Assembly: GCA_049700215.1 (NCBI GenBank) | Contig: JBNAVT010000003.1 | Coordinates: 1,366 to 65,365 of the forward strand | Origin: Thermoproteota archaeon | GTDB lineage: Archaea > Thermoproteota > EX4484-205 > JAAOZP01 | Direction of reading: 5' to 3' | DNA length: 64,000 bases | Shown: positions 30,424-39,472 of the stretch, piece by piece | How the letters are laid out: every line of letters starts with the position of its first letter | Position numbering within the stretch: the stretch's first letter is position 1 | Notes under the pieces: model-generated | Told to the model about the DNA's origin: nothing | The model's input: only the letters and a program-made list of their open reading frames with translations | The model's database searches: none | Translations under genes and position numbers: made by a program

Positions 30424-30704
30424 CATAGTTGTTGAGGGCAATGGACACATCAAGCTGCGCCGGTTTCACCTCTGAATGCGGGATATTTCTTGAGAAGGTG
30501 AATAACGTCACGCTTAGAAACGTTAGGGTGGTGGACTTTGAGAATGGCATTGGCTTCAACTTTTCCTCCGGTAACAATCTCGTGGAATGCACTTTCTCAG
30601 GTAATAATTTGGCTGGCGTCTTCCTATATTCCTCCAACAATAACATTGTTAACTGAACTGTTTCCAAAAATAGATCCGGCATTGTTTCCTGATCCTCCTT
30701 TGAC
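30424..30704 (+). pseudogene. Fragment of a NosD/parallel beta-helix secreted protein
   Basis: NIVVEGNGH, GIFLEKVNNVTLRN, GVFLYSSNNNI repeats; frameshift and stops; motifs at 30410-30423 and 30705-30718. Confidence 0.7.
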
Positions 30705-30793
30705 AACGCGCGCGCTAGCTTTTTTCTGCTTAAAGATTTTTCATGGACATTGTTAAAAATGCTTAATAAAAAGCTTTTTGTTTAAAAGGTAAC

Positions 30794-31042
30794 ATGGAAA
30801 AGACGATAGAAGAGATGGAGGAAGAACTGAGGGAGAAAACTATGTCCAGAGCTAAAGCCATAATGACGATATTCAAGCTTAGGGAAGAGTTTGGGGAGCA
30901 GTATCTTCAAAAGAGGCGTGGAAGAGTAAGGAGTGAGGAGGAGCTTCGTAGGCTTGCTGAAGCATGCAGGTTGAACTGGAAATTTATGGAGGAGGTGGGT
31001 ATGATACGACGCAACGACGAGGAAATTCTAGTGAGAATATGA
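30794..31042 (+). CDS. Small charged protein, putative antitoxin
   Basis: 82-aa ORF with ATGA overlap to the downstream nucleotidyltransferase. Confidence 0.65.
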   Translation: MEKTIEEMEEELREKTMSRAKAIMTIFKLREEFGEQYLQKRRGRVRSEEELRRLAEACRLNWKFMEEVGMIRRNDEEILVRI

Positions 31043-31635
31043 TTTCAGAGTTCAGGGAGAAGTTCGCTTCGTTTATCGATAAATTAACATCCATCAGGGA
31101 TAGTACTACAAGATTCCTCATGTTAATAGCCTTCATCAACACTTTTATGGAGGAGCGTGGCTTGGGAAGAATAACGGTTTCCAGGGGCTTTGCTGCAGAA
31201 TTCTACAGTGGCGGCGGGTACAGGACTTTAGACATCGATGTCATAGTCGAAGGAAAGCCGAATGCCGCGGATTTACTAAAGAAGTTTTTAAAATCCGTTG
31301 GATATGTTGAATCCGGAAGAGTTTATGTGTCAACGTTTTCGAGTTTGGTCGTTAAAGCGCTCGACATAGTTGGCACGATCTACGATAAGCCTAAGCCTCC
31401 GATTAAGATAAGGATAAATGATTACCGAGTTTACATGATTCCACCCGAGGAAGCCATAATATATGCTTTGGCAGCGGCCAAGTTTTGGTCCTCGGCTTCG
31501 GATTTCGAAAGGGCTGTCTTGGTTTACGCTACGCAGAAGGAAAACATAGATGTCGCCTATCTTGAAACACGAGCCGCTGAGGAAAATGTAAAGGATTACT
31601 TAGATAAAATAATGGAATTATCGGAAAACGTCTAG
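31039..31635 (+). CDS. Nucleotidyltransferase-fold protein (DUF6036-like)
   Basis: GFAAEFYSGGGYRTLDIDVIV, PPEEAII, IDVAYL. Confidence 0.7.
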   Translation: MISEFREKFASFIDKLTSIRDSTTRFLMLIAFINTFMEERGLGRITVSRGFAAEFYSGGGYRTLDIDVIVEGKPNAADLLKKFLKSVGYVESGRVYVSTFSSLVVKALDIVGTIYDKPKPPIKIRINDYRVYMIPPEEAIIYALAAAKFWSSASDFERAVLVYATQKENIDVAYLETRAAEENVKDYLDKIMELSENV

Positions 31636-31703
31636 CCTAGATGCTAACCTTCCAACCTTCCAAGCATTTTCGGGCGAGAAAGGTTTCGATCCACGCACGC
31701 TAC

Positions 31704-31821
31704 GGGTAGTATTGGAAAAATTTTGGCAACGGGTCTTCGTCAAGCACTCTATAGGTCGGCATCTTTATTTTCTCAATACGCCATATAATGGTCATAGTGA
31801 CCTAGGGAGACACTATTAACA
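31704..31821 (-). pseudogene. 5'-end remnant of a second DUF5107-TPR gene with its upstream region
   Basis: Aligns with 28708-28823 (YRVLDEDPLPKFFQY); bounded by CACGCACGCTA and TAGCGCGCGCGCTAG. Confidence 0.85.
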
Positions 31822-31826
31822 GTTTT

Positions 31827-31841
31827 TAGCGCGCGCGCTAG
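31827..31841. repeat. TA(GC)nTA palindromic junction motif
   Basis: TAGCGCGCGCGCTAG. Confidence 0.85.
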
Positions 31842-31869
31842 TTTTTTCCTTCAGGGGCTAACTTCCATG

Positions 31870-32335
31870 CTACCAGTAAATCAAGCGTATGGCATGATGG
31901 AAACCAACTTGGTTGCTTGTAGGGTTAGCGGCGTAGCAGTGCATGTAAAGCCTCTCTCCTTTCTTGACGAGAAAATAGCCGGATGGGAAGCTTTCATAAA
32001 TACACACGCCGCTGATCTCGCTTACTTCAGAATAGTAGCCTCTTCCACAGTATCCAAATAGCATTTCTCCCCAGTTGGCTCCATCCCGGTGCCTTTCCCA
32101 CTCCATTTAACCCAAGGGTTCTCCGGGCTTTTGGACAGAATGTGGCCGTTATCAGTAGGAAAGCCTCCTGCACTAACCCCTATGAAGTGTCCAATTGCCA
32201 CTATAAGCATATCTTCGCCTGCGATAATGCTTTCAGACCTTCTGTCAACTTTCCCAGGGGGGGAACGGTGTATGCCATTGTTTTAATGGTTATTGTCTTT
32301 AATTCTTTTTCTCTATGTTTACTCTGCTCCGCCTA
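31870..32335 (-). pseudogene. Frameshifted paralog of 29880..30338
   Basis: KELKTITIKTMAY / HFIGVSAGGFPTDNGH / GYCGRGYYSEV...RLIYW split over frames. Confidence 0.85.
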
Positions 32336-32364
32336 ATATGCTTTCTTCAAAAAGTCGCCGAAGG

Positions 32365-33654
32365 TTAAACAGCCAGCCTCTTTAAGAGTGAAACGCTTTC
32401 TTCGATCAGGGTTTCAGCAGCCCCCTTGGCAAGACGGTTCCACCATACAGGAGTAACCTCATATCCGCCCTGTTCATACGCCTCGGATGTAGCTATGTAT
32501 CCACAATACCCGTTCGCATAGGAGACGATGAGAGTTGGGCTTAAGGGAGAGCCCTTCTTGATGCGTATGCCTACTTCAACAAGGGGCTCACCCGGTATTC
32601 CAACCAGCGCTGCGCCACCTATTCGAAACGCCTGCAACGTTGTTTCAACCGTCTTCTCCATAGGCATTTCACGGATCATTCTAAGGTTTTTCTCGTAATA
32701 GTTTAGAATAGCCTTGTTCCTCATTATTGTCTCCGCGTCAGCGTTCCTAGCCTTAAGCTCGGAAACATATTTCTCCTGGTTCTCTACGAGTCTGCGGGCC
32801 GCTTCCTCTGAAAGCTCAGCCAACGGTAGCGTAACCTTCTTCTCAAAACCCCGGATAACAGGCTCCTCCTCCATCTTTATAAACCTCATAGTGTTGAGGG
32901 CTGCATAAGCCACTACTCTCCCAATGGCTTCAACATCCTCAAACCCCCCTGGGCAGGCATACCCCATTGAGGATACGGGGTTAACATCCCCGTCCGCGCC
33001 GTTCATGAAAAGAGCCACGTGGCCAGCGTTAAGCATCGACTCTATGGTTCTCGATACCGCACCAGGGTAGTCCGCTGAAATAAGATAGTTAGTGTCCCCC
33101 AGCACAACCCCGTGGCACGCGTAGTTCACGAGGGAGGCAACCGGGCTGCCGGATTCATCCTTAACGAGCAGAACGCTAACGTCGGGGTCAACAGGCCCGC
33201 TGAAGCTCCTCCTGTTGAAGCCTACGATGACTCTTCCAACACCCCAGCCTAGTTTCGCCGTCCGCGCCTTCTCCACGGATTTCAAGGCTGCCGCCAGCAT
33301 TCTCTCCAGGAGAATACTCGAATAGTTTCCCAAGCCTGCTCCAGAAACGTCTGCAGTAATGTCTGGGGGAAGCGAGGGGCCGGAGTGCGTGTGTGTCGCG
33401 GAAACCAGTATACAGTTCTCCTCCAGTCCAAGCCTCGCAGCCAGCTCCCTCTTCACCTCCGCGGCTAACGAGTCGGGAACATTCAGAAGGTCGTTCGCGA
33501 TAAGCAGTGAAGCGCCTCCACGCCCCTCAAGATAGAGCACCCTCGTGTAGAGATTATCGTGCACACCCTCAGCCCCCTTGTATCTTGCTGCGAAACCACC
33601 CATCTTGACGCCGACGGGTGGAGTAATATCCTTCTTCGACGCTCCGGCTCGCAT
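32365..33654 (-). CDS. Neutral/alkaline ceramidase-like hydrolase
   Basis: DITPPVG, SATHTHSGP, NRR, NYACHG, SADYPG, GIPGEP, YANGYCGY...GGYE. Confidence 0.82.
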   Translation of the reverse strand: MRAGASKKDITPPVGVKMGGFAARYKGAEGVHDNLYTRVLYLEGRGGASLLIANDLLNVPDSLAAEVKRELAARLGLEENCILVSATHTHSGPSLPPDITADVSGAGLGNYSSILLERMLAAALKSVEKARTAKLGWGVGRVIVGFNRRSFSGPVDPDVSVLLVKDESGSPVASLVNYACHGVVLGDTNYLISADYPGAVSRTIESMLNAGHVALFMNGADGDVNPVSSMGYACPGGFEDVEAIGRVVAYAALNTMRFIKMEEEPVIRGFEKKVTLPLAELSEEAARRLVENQEKYVSELKARNADAETIMRNKAILNYYEKNLRMIREMPMEKTVETTLQAFRIGGAALVGIPGEPLVEVGIRIKKGSPLSPTLIVSYANGYCGYIATSEAYEQGGYEVTPVWWNRLAKGAAETLIEESVSLLKRLAV

Positions 33655-33808
33655 GCGGCAACGTGTTTAACAATCCTATTAAACCTTTAACGAGTCGTCG
33701 AGCCGAACGTTCGAGTAAACCCCCTGTCTTGAGCATAAGTCTTCCCGCTGTTTCCAGATAGGTTTTTAAGGTTCTCCAAGCCGGCTTTTTTGAAAGGTAG
33801 AGGCTGGG

Positions 33809-36433
33809 TTGGCTGAGCCTTCGAGCAGCGTCAGGATCCACCTTGTCCCGACTTTCCACTACGACCTCGCGTATTTAATGAGTTTCGAAGAGTATCTTCC
33901 GAGGCTTAGACACATTTTCACGGAGGTGTTGAACATTATGGAGAAGAGCCCTGAGTACACGTACATGTTTGAACAAGCCTTGCTGGTGAAACTGTTCCGC
34001 AGGCTCTGCCCCGAGCACTTGGAGGATTTGAGGAAACTGGTTTCATCCGGGAGAATCGAGGTCACCGGCCCATATGTGCAGACGGACAACAATATTCCTT
34101 CAGGAGAATCCCTTGTCCGCAACGCGGTTCTAGCCAGAAGAATAATTGAGGAAACAGGGGGGAGCACTAAAACAGCCTGGATGGGCGACGTCTTCGGGCA
34201 GAACGCTCAGACCCCGCAGATCGCCAGGCTCTGCGGCTATGAATACTTGCAGTTTAGCCGGGGCCTTTCCAGGGAGGGCGTTAAACCAGTATTCTTCTGG
34301 GAGGCCCTGGACGGCACGAGATTGTTAACCTACTGCGGCGAGTACGGCGGCGTCCAGTTCACGCAGAGCGTTGAGGAAAACCTGAGGAGGATAAGAGCGG
34401 TGGTTGAAAAACTATTAGGCAGCTCGGCTGCTGGCGAGGCTCTCCTCCCAAGCGGGGGCGACTGGGCTGTTCCAACTCAAAACACTCCTGAAACCGTTAG
34501 AAGATGGAACCAGGAGAATGTTTTAAAGATCTTTTTCTCAACCGCCACCGGCTTCTTCGAATCCGTGGCTGGGAAGAAAGTTGGACTGCAGGCCGTTAAG
34601 GGAGATATGAACCCGGTGATGCGTGGAACCTACAGCAGCAGGATCAGGCTTAAGATTCGAAACAGGCAGGTGGAGAACCTGCTTACCACTGCTGAGAAGC
34701 TTTCAACAATCTGTTCCCTAATGGGGGCTGAGTATCCGCGTGAAAAACTGGAGGAGGCTTGGGAGAAAGTCCTGCTCAACCAGTTTCACGACGTGATCTG
34801 CGGAAGCTGCGTGGACACTGTTTTCGAGCAGGCTTTACAATGGTATGCGGAGAGCGAGAGGGTTGCGAGCAGGATTATAGACGAGAGCCTTGAATACTTA
34901 TCCGCGAGGATTGACTCGAGCAGGGGCGAGGGCAGGGCGATACTCGTGTTCAACCCCCTGGGCTTCGACAGGCGTGACGTAGTGAAGCTGCGGGTTACTT
35001 TCGTAAAGCCGGGTGTTAGAGCCGTCCGTGTTTTCGACGACGAGGGCAGGGAGGTCCCCGTGCAGCTTGCGGAGGAGAAGTATTACGGTGAGGAGCCACC
35101 GCCCCACCTGCCCGTCAGCGCGGAGATCGAGTTCCGCGAGGAGCCGGCTGAACCCGGCTACACGAGGGTTGAGAAAAACTCCTCTAGAAGGGTTGAAGCC
35201 AGAGACCTCAGGGAGGCTGTGGTGATGTTCATCGCGGAGGTGCCGGCCCTAGGCTACAGGGTTTTCCACATGCAGGAGGCGAGCGGGGAGCAGAAGTATT
35301 CAAGCAGCCTCCGTGTCTCCGGAAACGTTTTAGAAAACAGTTTTCACAGGATTGTTTTCAACGAGGACGGGACGATAAGAAGCATCGTCGACAAGGAGAC
35401 TGGTTTAGAGTATGTTGACCAGGAGAAGCCTTTCGCAAACAATCTCCTGCTGCAGATCGACCGGGGAGACCTGTACACTATCATGCCTATGCTCGACCCC
35501 AGGGATCCCCTGCCAATGCTGGTGAGGGAGAAGCTTGCTCAACTAGCCCGGGAGTTCCACCTGGAGGACCTTAAGCTCTGGGACTATGTTGAGTCGAGAA
35601 ACATGCCTGTGAAAATAGAGGTTTTAGAGGAGGGCCCTGTTAGGGCCACCGTCAGGGTCTCCGGGGTCCTCAGGTTCTGGGTTGGCATAAGCATAGCGTT
35701 CACCCAGCTTATCCACCTCTACGACGGTTTGAAAAGAATAGATTTTGAAACAAGGCTAACGCCCTCCGGTAAACAGTACAGGGTTAGAGTATGTTTCCCG
35801 ACCAGCATTAGGAACGGGAAGATAAGGCATGAAACGCCTTTCGGCCATGTTGAGCGTCCCGAGGGAGAGTATCCAGCGCAGAACTGGATTGACTACAGCG
35901 ACGACGAGAAGGGGTTGTGCCTGGTTAACTGCGGCCTCCCGGGGAACAATGTTGTCGACAACGTTGCAATAATCTCGCTTCTGAGAAGCGTCGCCTTCGA
36001 GTATAAGGGTGTTAGCGAGAAAGGGTTTGAGGAGAATGTGCCGCACTCTTTCAAATACTCTCTAATCCCGTTTAAGAAGGGTGACCCGGATTACCAGCCT
36101 TGGAACCATGGTGCTGAGCCTAACAACACGCTTGTCGCGAAAACAGTTTCAAAATCCAGCGGGCCGCTTCCACCCAGGCACAGCTTCCTCAGAACCGAGC
36201 CGAGCAGCATAGTTTTATCCTCCCTGACGCGGGAGGATGGTCATACTCTAGTAAGGGTTTACGAGGCGAAGGGTGTGAAGACTCCTTGCAGAATATGGGT
36301 CACACTGCCGTTTAAACGGGCGACGGAGGTAGACTGTTTAAACAGGGAGACGGGAAGCCGGGTTGAGGCCCTGAGTGAAACCGTGAGTCTCGAGTTAAAC
36401 GCTTTCCAGATAAAAACAGTTAGGCTATGGTAG
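33809..36433 (+). CDS. GH38 alpha-mannosidase
   Basis: FHYDLAY, WMGDVFG, NQFHDVICGS, VFNPL, ALGYR, SLLRS. Confidence 0.88.
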   Translation: MAEPSSSVRIHLVPTFHYDLAYLMSFEEYLPRLRHIFTEVLNIMEKSPEYTYMFEQALLVKLFRRLCPEHLEDLRKLVSSGRIEVTGPYVQTDNNIPSGESLVRNAVLARRIIEETGGSTKTAWMGDVFGQNAQTPQIARLCGYEYLQFSRGLSREGVKPVFFWEALDGTRLLTYCGEYGGVQFTQSVEENLRRIRAVVEKLLGSSAAGEALLPSGGDWAVPTQNTPETVRRWNQENVLKIFFSTATGFFESVAGKKVGLQAVKGDMNPVMRGTYSSRIRLKIRNRQVENLLTTAEKLSTICSLMGAEYPREKLEEAWEKVLLNQFHDVICGSCVDTVFEQALQWYAESERVASRIIDESLEYLSARIDSSRGEGRAILVFNPLGFDRRDVVKLRVTFVKPGVRAVRVFDDEGREVPVQLAEEKYYGEEPPPHLPVSAEIEFREEPAEPGYTRVEKNSSRRVEARDLREAVVMFIAEVPALGYRVFHMQEASGEQKYSSSLRVSGNVLENSFHRIVFNEDGTIRSIVDKETGLEYVDQEKPFANNLLLQIDRGDLYTIMPMLDPRDPLPMLVREKLAQLAREFHLEDLKLWDYVESRNMPVKIEVLEEGPVRATVRVSGVLRFWVGISIAFTQLIHLYDGLKRIDFETRLTPSGKQYRVRVCFPTSIRNGKIRHETPFGHVERPEGEYPAQNWIDYSDDEKGLCLVNCGLPGNNVVDNVAIISLLRSVAFEYKGVSEKGFEENVPHSFKYSLIPFKKGDPDYQPWNHGAEPNNTLVAKTVSKSSGPLPPRHSFLRTEPSSIVLSSLTREDGHTLVRVYEAKGVKTPCRIWVTLPFKRATEVDCLNRETGSRVEALSETVSLELNAFQIKTVRLW

Positions 36434-36481
36434 TGGAATGCTTAAATCCATGCGCACGCTTTAACCGGAGAGTGGTGCCGT

Positions 36482-37504
36482 ATGTCTGAAAAGGTTAGGA
36501 TAGGGTTTGTAGGCTGCGGCGGGATAGCTGTGGCGCACGCTAAGGCTCTTGTCAACAACCCGAGTGTGGAGCTAGCCGCCTTCTGCGACGTGAACCCTGA
36601 GCGCGCTAAAAACCTAGCCTCCCAGTATGGCGAGAGTGGAGCAGTCTTCTACAGCAGGGCTGAGGAAATGTTTAGAAACACGAGCTTGGACGCTGTCTAC
36701 TTCTGCCTGCCGCCGTTCGCCCACGGGGCTGAGTTTGAAGCCATAGACCGGGGAATACCCTTCTTCGTGGAGAAACCGGTAAACCTCTACCTGGAGCAGG
36801 CTAGGGAGATAGCTGCGGCGGTTGAGAGAAAAAGGGTTTTAACGAGCGTAGGGTACATGAACCGTTACCGCGCCGGGGTACAGAGGGTAAGGGGGATTCT
36901 GAAGAATGACCCGCCGATACTCGTGCTCGGAGGATGGATCGGGCAGACTCCACGCCTCACGCCTGAGGCAGCGATCTACAGCTGGTGGATCGTGAAGGAG
37001 AAGAGCGGGGGCCAGTTTCACGAGCAGGTTACTCACACGGTTGACCTAGTGAGGTTCATGTGTGGAGAGATCACTGAGGTCCAGGCCTATCCTGCTAAAG
37101 GGTTTAACAAGGGGGTTTCGCCCAACTACAGTATTGAGGACGCTAGCGTGGTGAACATTAAGCTGGCTAACGGGGCTGTTGGAAGCCTCTGGGCATCCTG
37201 CTCAGCAAACGGTGGTGGAGGGGGAGTAAGCCTAAGCGTCTACGCGAGTAATACTACGGCACTCTTCACAGGCTGGGAGCACTCCCTACGCCTGCTGCGG
37301 GCCGGTGTTGAGCCGGAGGAGACGGCTGGGGAGCCGAATATTTTCGAAATAGAGGACAATGCTTTCATAGACGCCGTCAGGCTTAAGGATGCTTCGAAAA
37401 TACTCTGCCCGTACTCAGACGGTTTGAAGACTCTCGAGGTGACGCTCGTAGCCAACAAGTCGATGGAGAGCGGAGAGCCCATCAGGATCCCTGTGAAACA
37501 GTAA
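36482..37504 (+). CDS. Gfo/Idh/MocA family oxidoreductase
   Basis: GCGGIA, FVEKP, SGGQFHEQVTHTVD. Confidence 0.9.
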   Translation: MSEKVRIGFVGCGGIAVAHAKALVNNPSVELAAFCDVNPERAKNLASQYGESGAVFYSRAEEMFRNTSLDAVYFCLPPFAHGAEFEAIDRGIPFFVEKPVNLYLEQAREIAAAVERKRVLTSVGYMNRYRAGVQRVRGILKNDPPILVLGGWIGQTPRLTPEAAIYSWWIVKEKSGGQFHEQVTHTVDLVRFMCGEITEVQAYPAKGFNKGVSPNYSIEDASVVNIKLANGAVGSLWASCSANGGGGGVSLSVYASNTTALFTGWEHSLRLLRAGVEPEETAGEPNIFEIEDNAFIDAVRLKDASKILCPYSDGLKTLEVTLVANKSMESGEPIRIPVKQ

Positions 37505-37582
37505 GGCTGACCCCTCCCGGAGTAGACGCGTCAGACGCTTTGGAAAAGCTTTAATAATCATCAGGCTTATCCTCACCGGTGA

Positions 37583-38365
37583 ATGAGAATGATAAGAGTC
37601 TTATACGTCGGGGACTCGGGGACGATGGCGCTGGCATACACGGGCTCACCCTTCTGGGTTGAGCAGAAGAATCTTGAAGTCAGGAACTTCGGCCTGCCCC
37701 TGTTAAACGCCCTCAAGGGGGACAGCGAGATCGAAGTGACTTACATGCCTACTTGGGAAGCCTACAGCAGTTTCCCGAAGCGCCTTGAAGACCTGTTGAA
37801 CTACGATGTTTTAATACTGAGCGACGTTGAGTACGACTGCATAATATACTACCCGGAGTTCTACACGCCCAGCAAGTATGGCGAGCACATAGTGATGCCG
37901 AACAGGGTTGCAAACATCAGGGATTTCGTCAGAAAGGGGAGGGGGCTGGCGATGCTCGGCGGCTGGCAGAGCTTCGCGGGGAAATACGGGCACGCCCTTT
38001 GGCAGGGCACGCCTGTTGAGGAGGCGCTGCCGGTGAAAATGCTGGACAGGGATGACAGGGTTGAACACCCGGAGGGAGCATTGATAAAAGCTTTGAAGGA
38101 AGACCACCCTGTCATGAGGAACATAGACTGGAATACTGCGCCGCCCCTCCTAGGCTATAACAGGGTTCTGCTTAAAGACGGGTCTGAGCTTCTAGCCACC
38201 GTGGGGGAGCGGGACGTGTTGATCGCTACCCGCAGGTTCGGCGAGGGGAGAAGCTTCGTCTTCACCTCAGACCCGGCTCCCCATTGGGGTATAAACTTCA
38301 TGAAGTGGAGCTACTACGAAGTCTTCTGGAGGCAAGCGGTTCGATGGTTAGCTGGACGGCTCTAG
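37583..38365 (+). CDS. Class I glutamine amidotransferase-like protein (DUF1355 type)
   Basis: YDVLILSD, MLGGWQSFAG, DDRVEHPEG, TSDPAPHW. Confidence 0.8.
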   Translation: MRMIRVLYVGDSGTMALAYTGSPFWVEQKNLEVRNFGLPLLNALKGDSEIEVTYMPTWEAYSSFPKRLEDLLNYDVLILSDVEYDCIIYYPEFYTPSKYGEHIVMPNRVANIRDFVRKGRGLAMLGGWQSFAGKYGHALWQGTPVEEALPVKMLDRDDRVEHPEGALIKALKEDHPVMRNIDWNTAPPLLGYNRVLLKDGSELLATVGERDVLIATRRFGEGRSFVFTSDPAPHWGINFMKWSYYEVFWRQAVRWLAGRL

Positions 38366-38614
38366 CTGTCCGACGGCAAGCTTGAAAAACCCTCTGCGCA
38401 TGGCGTACACCGTGCTAGACGATAAGGCGTAGCCGTCTTAGCACGCTAGAGGCGTTGCTGCGCGTCGCGGGAGTTTCGACATGAAAGTAAGCCTAGGGGA
38501 AAGTAGGGTTCATGTTCAATTCGTAAACGGTTTAAAGACGTCCGAATCAGCGCGTGCTCAGAGTTTAATCAGGAGAGGGAAACAGATAAATTGAAGCCAT
38601 GAGATGTTCTACAC

Positions 38615-39016
38615 GTGGTAAGCAGGGCAAGAGATTTGATTGAAGATGCTGATGATTTCCTAGGGTCTGCTTTAGACCTGTTTAAAACCGGAAGGTGGTC
38701 AAAGGTGTGTTTCAACGCGCAACAGGCAGCGGAGCTTTCTCTCAAGGCGGTTTTAAACCATTATGGTGTCGAAAGGAGGACGCACTCGCTTATCGACCTG
38801 ATTGAGGAACTGGTTAAAATAGACAGTAGGTTTAAAGAGTTTCAAGAAAACGTTAAGATACTCGACCAGTACTATATTCCAACAAGGTATGCTAATGCTT
38901 TTGCAAGCGGGCCTGCTAAAAGGCATTTTACAAGACTGCAGGCTGAGCAAGCAATAAGCTTGGCGAAATCCATTCTTGAGGAGGCGAGGAAGATTGTTGC
39001 CGAAGGAGAAGCTTAA
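38615..39016 (+). CDS. HEPN-domain protein
   Basis: AQQAAELSLKA, RTHSL, LDQYYIPTRY. Confidence 0.88.
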   Translation: MVSRARDLIEDADDFLGSALDLFKTGRWSKVCFNAQQAAELSLKAVLNHYGVERRTHSLIDLIEELVKIDSRFKEFQENVKILDQYYIPTRYANAFASGPAKRHFTRLQAEQAISLAKSILEEARKIVAEGEA

Positions 39017-39431
39017 GAACACGGCTTACGAGAAGATTGGGGAGTTTCTACGCCAGGTTGAAAGGTTCAAGCTAAAACTCGTCGTGCTCTTCGGCTCTTA
39101 TGCGAGAGGAGATTTCACCGAGGAGAGCGATATAGATGTCTGCGTGGTTGCAGAAGATCTTCCCGAGAACGTTTTCGAGAGGAGGAGCCTATCCGGGCTT
39201 TACAAGGTAAGCGGCCTCAGGGCTGTTGGCTATTTTCCGGGAGAGTTCTTAAAAGAGTTGGAGAAGCCTAATTTCTTCCTGCACGATGTGCTTGAAGACG
39301 GTTTAATCGTTCACCACGATGGATCCTTTCTCAAAAGCGTGATGGAGAAAAGGGATATGGTTAAGAAGAAACTCGGTCTAGTGAAGGAGCATGATGGTTG
39401 GAGGACGTTAAAAAGGAGAAATAGCGGGTGA
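38994..39431 (+). CDS. Minimal nucleotidyltransferase (MNT)
   Basis: LFGSYARGDF...SDIDVCVV. Confidence 0.88.
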   Translation: MLPKEKLKNTAYEKIGEFLRQVERFKLKLVVLFGSYARGDFTEESDIDVCVVAEDLPENVFERRSLSGLYKVSGLRAVGYFPGEFLKELEKPNFFLHDVLEDGLIVHHDGSFLKSVMEKRDMVKKKLGLVKEHDGWRTLKRRNSG

Positions 39432-39472
39432 AAACCAGGTTGTTAGCACGCTGCAGGGCCTCGACAATGTCT

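Noticed and set aside
24563-31841. Motif-fragment-motif pattern as a CRISPR array
   Set aside because: Repeats are only 10-16 bp and variable, spacing is irregular (tens of bp to several kb) and no cas genes are present.
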